Source of the DNA: a virus
Lineage: Duplodnaviria; Caudoviricetes
Virus record (IMG/VR): IMGVR_UViG_3300017910_000855
Location: 1 to 54,565 of that record
DNA length: 54,565 nt
Reading direction: 5' to 3' (one strand)
Below are positions 49,625 to 54,565 of this stretch, in pieces. A program made the position numbers and the translations under genes. The number at the start of each line of letters is the position of its first letter. The stretch's first letter is position 1. The notes under the pieces are model-generated. The model was not told the DNA's origin, ran no database searches, and worked only from the letters and a program-made list of their open reading frames with translations.

Positions 49625-49767
49625 AACTCATCCTCCTTCATTTGTTCTTCAACGTCATCAAGGTGTGCGTTGACGGTGCGTACTACGTGCAATGGCACGT
49701 TCACTAACTTCTCAACTGTTCCGTCATCGAATTTTATTTCGATGTTCCAAGCAACTATCGTTTTCAT
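49612..49767 (-). CDS. Small hypothetical protein (51 aa, absent from ORF track)
   Basis: MKTIVAWNIEIKFDDGTVEKLVNVPLHVVRTVNAHLDDVEEQMKEDELWHG*; fills the gap with overlaps on both sides. Confidence 0.65.
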   Translation of the reverse strand: MKTIVAWNIEIKFDDGTVEKLVNVPLHVVRTVNAHLDDVEEQMKEDELWHG

Positions 49768-50048
49768 AAGTGACCTCCTATCTCTAATTTATCACAATCA
49801 AATCTCCATTCTGATTCTGATTCAGGTTCATTCATAAATGATTTGTTGTGGTCATTAGCATCATCATCTGTTCCGAAGCCATACTCGTATGTTGCTTCGT
49901 TCATTGCGTTATCTATCTTATCGACATACAAATCTTCATTATCCCATAAGTATTCGATTAACTGTGCCGAGTTTAAGTTTTCAGGCACGTCTATTTCTAC
50001 CGATGCAAATTTGTGGTAGACACTGCGTTGTTGTATTCTAACTTTCAT
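49764..50048 (-). CDS. Acidic hypothetical early protein
   Basis: Likely start MKVRIQ at 50048, downstream of a promoter. Confidence 0.7.
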   Translation of the reverse strand: MKVRIQQRSVYHKFASVEIDVPENLNSAQLIEYLWDNEDLYVDKIDNAMNEATYEYGFGTDDDANDHNKSFMNEPESESEWRFDCDKLEIGGHL

Positions 50049-50071
50049 TTGATTTAAGTTTAATGTTTGTT

Positions 50072-50103
50072 CAAAGATAGTACAAAGTTTTGAACTATCC
50101 AAA
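50072..50103 (-). promoter_or_regulatory. Bacteroidota sigma-A promoter
   Basis: Minus strand TTTG-N20-TATCTTTG, matching the -33/-7 consensus. Confidence 0.8.
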
Positions 50104-50406
50104 TTTTATATCCGTGAGTTTGACCCACCAATGTCCGTCAATGATTTTCTTATTCGCTTGACTCCACCATTGTGTCTTTGAAGACACTGACTTAGGTAGG
50201 TATCCAACTTCGATTCCTATCTTCAACCCCAACTTCAGTGCCTCATCAATCTCATCGTGCGACTCAATCAGTGAGTCGGTATCATCATCGTGAATAACGT
50301 ACAACTCGTGACCGAGCCATATCTCTTCACGTTTTTTCTCTCCCTGTTTCATTTGGTCAGTAACGTCTAACCAAACGAACCTGTCTTTAGATAAATGTAT
50401 TGCCAT
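50095..50406 (-). CDS. Hypothetical early protein
   Basis: 103 aa ORF coupled to the upstream gene. Confidence 0.7.
   Translation of the reverse strand: MAIHLSKDRFVWLDVTDQMKQGEKKREEIWLGHELYVIHDDDTDSLIESHDEIDEALKLGLKIGIEVGYLPKSVSSKTQWWSQANKKIIDGHWWVKLTDIKFG
50172..50187 (-). repeat. 16-bp palindrome copy 11 (coding, VSSKT)
   Basis: GTGTCTTTGAAGACAC on + strand. Confidence 0.97.
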
Positions 50407-50648
50407 TACTCATCCCATTTTAATTCCAACTCGTAGTCGTCTGTTGCAACTTGGTCTATCGTTTGAAAGATTTGCTCCGTAATCCAATCGTTGCTCAGTG
50501 CGTCTTTTAATACTCCCATTGCTACTTCGGAGTCGCATTTGTAATTCTGCGTCACATCTTGCAAGTGCCACAGAGAAAAGGTTTGAAACCCACGCACCTC
50601 TAACTCTTTGCGTAAGTCGTGCGTTGATACTGATTTTAAATTTTCCAT
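50406..50648 (-). CDS. Hypothetical early protein
   Basis: Likely start MENLKS at 50648; the longer ORF-track start runs into the ribozyme. Confidence 0.7.
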   Translation of the reverse strand: MENLKSVSTHDLRKELEVRGFQTFSLWHLQDVTQNYKCDSEVAMGVLKDALSNDWITEQIFQTIDQVATDDYELELKWDE

Positions 50649-50666
50649 AATGTATGATTTAAGATT

Positions 50667-50717
50667 TCTGTTTCTGTCTTTTGACTTCATCAGCACGGAC
50701 ACACATCCGTGAACAGA
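50667..50717 (-). ncRNA. Hammerhead ribozyme, type III, variant (HH-B)
   Basis: Minus strand UCUG-U-U^-CACGGA[UGUGUG]UCCGUG-CUGAUGA-AGUC[AAAA]GACA-GAAA-CAGA; core intact; GUU triplet and A-A mismatch at the base of stem II. Confidence 0.8.
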
Positions 50718-50720
50718 GCA

Positions 50721-50736
50721 GTGTCTTTGAAGACAC
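50721..50736 (-). repeat. 16-bp palindrome copy 12 (intergenic, abutting ribozyme HH-B)
   Basis: GCAGTGTCTTTGAAGACACTGC, 50718-50739. Confidence 0.97.
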
Positions 50737-50747
50737 TGCCTTGCGGT

Positions 50748-51824
50748 TTAGGAGAAACGTAGCACCTCTTCTTGCCCAAACCAAGTATCACATCCATTGC
50801 AGTGATAGTTATTGAAACCGTCAAACTCCAAGTCGTGACAACAGTCAACACAAATAGGATTGTCGTTTGGATTGTAGTCGTCAGCAGACATATCATCAAA
50901 CAAATCAACCTGTGTGCAAGGTGGTGTGTCGTCAACAAAGTCAACTGTATCAACCCAACGTCTTGTTGGTGTAACAACCCTTTGGTAGTCTTTGATATGA
51001 TTACTACCATTCCATTCCTTTTCCTCTTGTGGATTGAAGTATATCCAAGCAGTGATGGTTTTGTTCTTCATCTTGATAGGTATCTGCTTTCTGCAGTACC
51101 ATTGTGGGTGTCCTTCCAATCCGTCTAACCTACGTAGAGTATCGTCTGATACTTTGAACACGTCTACAACTACGTTGTGACCTTTCCCTTTCTTCTCAAT
51201 CAGAAATGGGATACCACGTGATACCATTGGGTACTTGTCTTTGGTCTCGCCTTTTCCAAGATGCTTTGAATTAGTTAGGTAAGTGTAGTAGTTACCAAAC
51301 CCTTTCTTTAGTGTACCATACACCGCCACAACATTGCTTTGCAATACGTTGGTTTTCGAATACCATACTCCGTCTTTCAATGTATACAAATGCTTGTTGA
51401 AGATTTGAAACGAACGAGTACGGGTATTGATTGCCACGAAACGAGCATCGAACTTTGCCAACGATTGTTTCCAAGTGTGACGAGGAGAACGACCCAACTT
51501 GATAGCCAAGTCTTCTGTGTCTGTCATATTTTTGTTGCCGTAGCCACGAACGGTGCCGTTCATCATAAGCAACTCGTCTTTGTTGTTACCGCAGACGAAT
51601 GGGTGTGTGTTTTCCTTACAGATTTTACCAACCGTTGCATACCTGAAGTGTGCAATGTATGGTCTGTCGTTGTCCAACACACCGAACTCTTTTGATTGAT
51701 GATAGCTGACCTCGAACGTGTCGAGCCATACGATTCCCAATCCGTGAGGATTGATACGTGATGAATTTTTAAGTATCTCACGTGATACTGATTTACCTTT
51801 TTGTTTGATAATAATAATACACAT
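50748..51824 (-). CDS. Class II glutamine amidotransferase fused to gamma-glutamylcyclotransferase (AIG2-like) and a C-terminal Zn ribbon
   Basis: True start M-C-I-I (Ntn nucleophile Cys2) at 51824; NPHGLG, HFRYAT, HPF, NG, TDTE; VAVYGTLKKG, LDGLEGHP.WY.R; CVDC...CNGC. Confidence 0.9.
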   Translation of the reverse strand: MCIIIIKQKGKSVSREILKNSSRINPHGLGIVWLDTFEVSYHQSKEFGVLDNDRPYIAHFRYATVGKICKENTHPFVCGNNKDELLMMNGTVRGYGNKNMTDTEDLAIKLGRSPRHTWKQSLAKFDARFVAINTRTRSFQIFNKHLYTLKDGVWYSKTNVLQSNVVAVYGTLKKGFGNYYTYLTNSKHLGKGETKDKYPMVSRGIPFLIEKKGKGHNVVVDVFKVSDDTLRRLDGLEGHPQWYCRKQIPIKMKNKTITAWIYFNPQEEKEWNGSNHIKDYQRVVTPTRRWVDTVDFVDDTPPCTQVDLFDDMSADDYNPNDNPICVDCCHDLEFDGFNNYHCNGCDTWFGQEEVLRFS

Positions 51825-51844
51825 AGTGTTTGGTTTTGTGAGCA

Positions 51845-51860
51845 GTGTCTTTGAAGACAC
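51845..51860 (-). repeat. 16-bp palindrome copy 13 (5' leader between promoter and GATase start)
   Basis: GTGTCTTTGAAGACAC on + strand. Confidence 0.97.
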
Positions 51861-51888
51861 AGAACTCTGATTTAACATTTGATTTAAA

Positions 51889-51920
51889 CAAAGATACGAC
51901 TAAATTTAGACATATCCAAA
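51889..51920 (-). promoter_or_regulatory. Bacteroidota sigma-A promoter
   Basis: Minus strand TTTG-N20-TATCTTTG; shares TTTGGATA with the 50072 promoter. Confidence 0.8.
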
Positions 51921-52082
51921 TTACCTACTGACAACTGCAGTAAATTTATTTCTGACTATCCATTTGTACGTGCCTACATTTTCATTGTAGATTTTGTCAA
52001 TGGCTTCCCATTTCGTGTGAGCAGGTACAACTTTGATTAGCTTACCTGCATACCTTACTTTAAAATATCTCATCGCTTCCAT
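51921..52082 (-). CDS. Small hypothetical protein (53 aa, absent from ORF track)
   Basis: MEAMRYFKVRYAGKLIKVVPAHTKWEAIDKIYNENVGTYKWIVRNKFTAVVSR*; TAATG coupling. Confidence 0.7.
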   Translation of the reverse strand: MEAMRYFKVRYAGKLIKVVPAHTKWEAIDKIYNENVGTYKWIVRNKFTAVVSR

Positions 52083-52249
52083 TACAATTCAAATAATTCA
52101 TCAAGCAAGTAACCTTTGGTTCTGTTGATGTAGTTAATAAAATTGTCGCAATGATTCTTGTCGTTGAACTCTTTGGTCACGACCCACTCGCCACGATTAT
52201 TTCCGTACGAGACTTGTCCTGTCTTGAAGACTAATTGAACTTTGTACAT
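52082..52249 (-). CDS. Small hypothetical early protein
   Basis: Likely start MYKVQL at 52249 after an A-rich leader; the longer ORF-track start overlaps the ribozyme. Confidence 0.7.
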   Translation of the reverse strand: MYKVQLVFKTGQVSYGNNRGEWVVTKEFNDKNHCDNFINYINRTKGYLLDELFEL

Positions 52250-52268
52250 AACTTTTAATTTAATGTTT

Positions 52269-52330
52269 GACATAGAGGTAGTGTCTTTGAAGACACCACC
52301 TTTCGGGTATTCAACCCTCATCAGTATGCC
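52269..52330 (-). ncRNA. Hammerhead ribozyme, type I (HH-C); stem III is the 16-bp palindrome
   Basis: Minus strand GGCAUA-CUGAUGA-GGGU[UGAAU]ACCC-GAAA-GGUGGUGUCU[UCAA]AGACACUACC-U-C^-UAUGUC; all three stems pair, canonical core, CUC triplet. Confidence 0.88.
52281..52296 (-). repeat. 16-bp palindrome copy 14 (inside ribozyme HH-C)
   Basis: GTGTCTTTGAAGACAC on + strand. Confidence 0.97.
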
Positions 52331-52548
52331 TATACTCGGTCTGCTTTCCAACCTTGATAGATTAGTGAAAAGATAACTCCACTAATGAACAACAAGAACA
52401 TTCCAACGAACCCTACATACACCCACTGATACCACACAAAAGTATGTTGTGATATGATGTGAATGAATAAACGTAGCACCATTGATAGAACTCCGATGGC
52501 AACGATTGTTGTTACTGACTTTTCGATTGTGTTAACTAAATTTCTCAT
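52330..52548 (-). CDS. Small two-TM membrane protein flanked by ribozymes
   Basis: Likely start MRNLVN at 52548 (72 aa); two hydrophobic helices. Confidence 0.7.
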   Translation of the reverse strand: MRNLVNTIEKSVTTIVAIGVLSMVLRLFIHIISQHTFVWYQWVYVGFVGMFLLFISGVIFSLIYQGWKADRV

Positions 52549-52575
52549 AATGTTTGATATTAAAATTATTTGTTT

Positions 52576-52626
52576 CCTGTTTCGACCTTTTGGTCTCATC
52601 AGCACAAGCACTCACTTGTGGACAGG
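52576..52626 (-). ncRNA. Hammerhead ribozyme, type III (HH-A)
   Basis: Minus strand CCUG-U-C^-CACAAG[UGAGUG]CUUGUG-CUGAUGA-GACC[AAAA]GGUC-GAAA-CAGG; fully canonical core, GUC triplet, G10.1-C11.1. Confidence 0.93.
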
Positions 52627-52647
52627 GGGAGCATTCGCTCCCTCTCA

Positions 52648-53667
52648 TTATCTCAACCCTTTGGATTGTATTTCCTCTCGGAACTTAGCGAGAGCGATGT
52701 CACTCTCGTCAACTCCACGTTTGATGTATGTACCCCAAACTTGTCGGTTACCGCTCATTGAAAGTCGGTTTGGTCTTCCGCTCCACCACTTTTCGAACCA
52801 ACCGATTGTGCTTTGCTCCACACGACCTGTCTTGACGAACTTGTGAAAGTCTTTTGCCAACTCAATGACCGCATCGGTCTTGGTCTCGTTCTTGTCGTAC
52901 ATTCCCATAAGGATTGGTCTGACTGCATTCCAAAACCCTCGTATGCTCTTGCCATTGACCCCATAGTCAAGTATTAAGTACATTAGCTCGTAACGTCTCA
53001 TCAACTGCTTTACTGACTGCACTCTGCTCGGTATACGGAACTCGATACACTCGTCAACGATTTTGCAAACAGAGTATTTTACTACTCGCTCTTGATGTCT
53101 CTCGAAACGGAACTCACTCATCATTCTTGGATTCCACTTGCAGTAGTGATTCGACAAACGATGTCTGAACACTGACAACAGGATTGATGCATATGGAGCA
53201 ACTTTGTCAGCCAACTCTTGACCTGTCAACCCCTTACAAGCAACTGTGATGTGACCACCGCAACTGCTATCGCTCGGACTGAACTCATCATTGATGATGT
53301 GCTTGGCTTCAACAAACATATTGAACACCTTTGTTCGCCACATTGACTTACCTACCAAAGGTAGAACGTGTGTGACTGCTTCATAACCGCAACTACTATC
53401 AGTCTCAAACCCACAAAATAATGGGTACTCCTTGATTGAACTCCTGTGCAACCTCGTTTTCTCGATTTCAAAACCGATAGTGAACTTGCTCTCGAACTCG
53501 TCTCCGTCTACAACAACATTGGTTCTGTCTGTAGATTGCAACCCTTTGATTTCAGATTGCTTTGCTTTGGTTCTGAAGATTGGACTTGGTTTGCTATGGT
53601 ATGATGATACACTACCACGTCTGTCTGTGTCTCTGATTTCTTCGAACCTTGTTACTAAATTATTCAT
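52648..53667 (-). CDS. Putative amidoligase (COOH-NH2 ligase, glutamine synthetase-like fold)
   Basis: TIGFEIEK, ETDSSCGYEAVT, DSSCGGHITV, IEFRIP. Confidence 0.8.
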   Translation of the reverse strand: MNNLVTRFEEIRDTDRRGSVSSYHSKPSPIFRTKAKQSEIKGLQSTDRTNVVVDGDEFESKFTIGFEIEKTRLHRSSIKEYPLFCGFETDSSCGYEAVTHVLPLVGKSMWRTKVFNMFVEAKHIINDEFSPSDSSCGGHITVACKGLTGQELADKVAPYASILLSVFRHRLSNHYCKWNPRMMSEFRFERHQERVVKYSVCKIVDECIEFRIPSRVQSVKQLMRRYELMYLILDYGVNGKSIRGFWNAVRPILMGMYDKNETKTDAVIELAKDFHKFVKTGRVEQSTIGWFEKWWSGRPNRLSMSGNRQVWGTYIKRGVDESDIALAKFREEIQSKGLR

Positions 53668-53683
53668 TGTGCTACGTGTTTTT

Positions 53684-53699
53684 GTGTCTTTGAAGACAC
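53684..53699 (-). repeat. 16-bp palindrome copy 15 (intergenic, 16 nt before amidoligase start)
   Basis: GTGTCTTTGAAGACAC on + strand. Confidence 0.97.
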
Positions 53700-53702
53700 T
53701 GA

Positions 53703-54347
53703 TTAATTATTGATTTGATTAAACCTTTCAACCATTTGGTCATTCAGTTTTGTAAACAACTCTACGATGAGGTTATCGGTGTTGTTGTCTTCACAAACTC
53801 CACTCATCTTGATACCGCTCTCGGTTAGTCTGATAGAGAAACCGCTATCGCCATTGATTCCGTCTTTCGCAAGACTGAATGTTGCAAAGGTTTTCTCTCT
53901 TGAAACTTCGGTGTCTTCGCCACTGATTTCTGCTTTCGCAAACTTCAATAGACTCTCGATACTTCTGTTAGCGTCTTCGCCATTGTTCTCTGCTTTTGTG
54001 CATTCTCTTTTGAACTTCGTAACGATTCTTTGGTTTTCTTCTTGCAGTTTACCCGCCTTGACCATTTTGTAACCGAACGACTTTTGCCAACCGAATACCC
54101 TGTTGAAAAAGACTTCTGTGTTACTCCATTCGATACCATTGTCTTCGAGCAGTGTCTTGGTCTCGCTTGACTTGAACCACTCGACTGATTGGCTAACTAA
54201 CTTCGCTAACTTTAGCGACTTGTCGAACTTCGACTTCTTTGCATCGGCAACCTCACTCTGTAGATTGAAGATTGACTGAAAGTTTACATTCGAACGTACT
54301 TCGGCAGAGGTTAAAAAGTCTGCCTCGATTTGCATTAAATTACTCAT
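53703..54347 (-). CDS. First gene of the early arm; hypothetical protein with a possible HTH-like segment
   Basis: 214 aa; helical segment WSNTEVFFNRVFGWQKSFGYKMVKAG. Confidence 0.75.
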   Translation of the reverse strand: MSNLMQIEADFLTSAEVRSNVNFQSIFNLQSEVADAKKSKFDKSLKLAKLVSQSVEWFKSSETKTLLEDNGIEWSNTEVFFNRVFGWQKSFGYKMVKAGKLQEENQRIVTKFKRECTKAENNGEDANRSIESLLKFAKAEISGEDTEVSREKTFATFSLAKDGINGDSGFSIRLTESGIKMSGVCEDNNTDNLIVELFTKLNDQMVERFNQINN

Positions 54348-54408
54348 AACTTGTTGATTTTAAATTAATTACGTTTAATTGAGGATTATTCCTCGTTCAT
54401 TACTTGTG

Positions 54409-54438
54409 TAAATATAGTCTTTTTCTGCATTCCCACAA
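54409..54438 (-). promoter_or_regulatory. Putative early promoter (variant -7)
   Basis: Minus strand TTG-N19-TATATTTA upstream of the first early gene. Confidence 0.55.
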
Positions 54439-54565
54439 GGGTTTTCTTTCATTTTTTTTCATCCTGTGTCTAATTCTCTTTTGTCTTTTGATTGTCAACA
54501 GGTTACGTCAAACGTGTTCCTTGTCTTTTGTATTGGCTCAAAAAATGTCGCTCAGGTGCTAAGGA

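Noticed and set aside
50690-51010. 106-aa minus-strand ORF overlapping the GATase-GGCT 3' end and ribozyme HH-B
   Set aside because: Alternative frame of a well-supported gene, running through structured RNA; no recognisable motif
51825-51878. ORF-track N-terminal extensions of several early genes (GATase from 51878; also 52351, 52611, 50702, 50102)
   Set aside because: Class II GATases need Cys at position 2, and the extensions run through promoters, palindromes or ribozymes; downstream ATGs with A-rich leaders fit better
5059-53699. 16-bp palindrome as a CRISPR repeat, MITE or cloning/adapter scar (it contains the BbsI site GAAGAC)
   Set aside because: Copies are dispersed at irregular distances of 0.4-13 kb with no spacer periodicity and no cas genes. 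No target duplications are seen, reading frames stay intact, it does not resemble adapters I know, and it is integrated into terminator and ribozyme structures.
54381-54394. Small hairpin GAGGA-TTAT-TCCTC in the early leader
   Set aside because: Short stem, single copy, no U-tract; no function can be supported
1-54565. tRNA genes, integrase, alternative genetic code, diversity-generating retroelement
   Set aside because: No cloverleaf seen in the short intergenic gaps, no recombinase or reverse transcriptase motifs, and long ORFs are intact under the standard code with all three stops in use

Overview
About 54.6 kb of a tailed dsDNA phage genome with podovirus-like, crAss-like/marine Flavobacteria-phage architecture. 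The host is probably Bacteroidota, inferred from TAnnTTTG promoters and AT-rich leaders without Shine-Dalgarno motifs. The + arm (1-39116) carries small basic proteins, lysis genes, a GroES-like protein, terminase, portal, scaffold, major capsid, tail ring and 'muzzle' genes (one with about 13 Cys-rich repeats) and three ejected-type virion proteins, the last 3096 aa. The - arm (39131-54347) carries nucleases, a helicase, a primase-helicase, SSB, recombination genes and early genes including an amidoligase and a GATase-GGCT fusion. Two non-coding systems stand out and are physically linked. First, three hammerhead ribozymes (two type III with compensatory stem changes, one type I) sit between genes of the early amidoligase region and are predicted to cut the polycistronic RNA into pieces. 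Second, a 16-bp quasi-palindrome, GTGTCTT(CA)AAGACAC, occurs 15 times, inside genes in all three frames and at gene boundaries, and is oriented with transcription. It forms stem III of one ribozyme, abuts another, forms the capsid-gene terminator stem and joins the two convergent stop codons. All product calls come from motif recognition by eye, with no database search.
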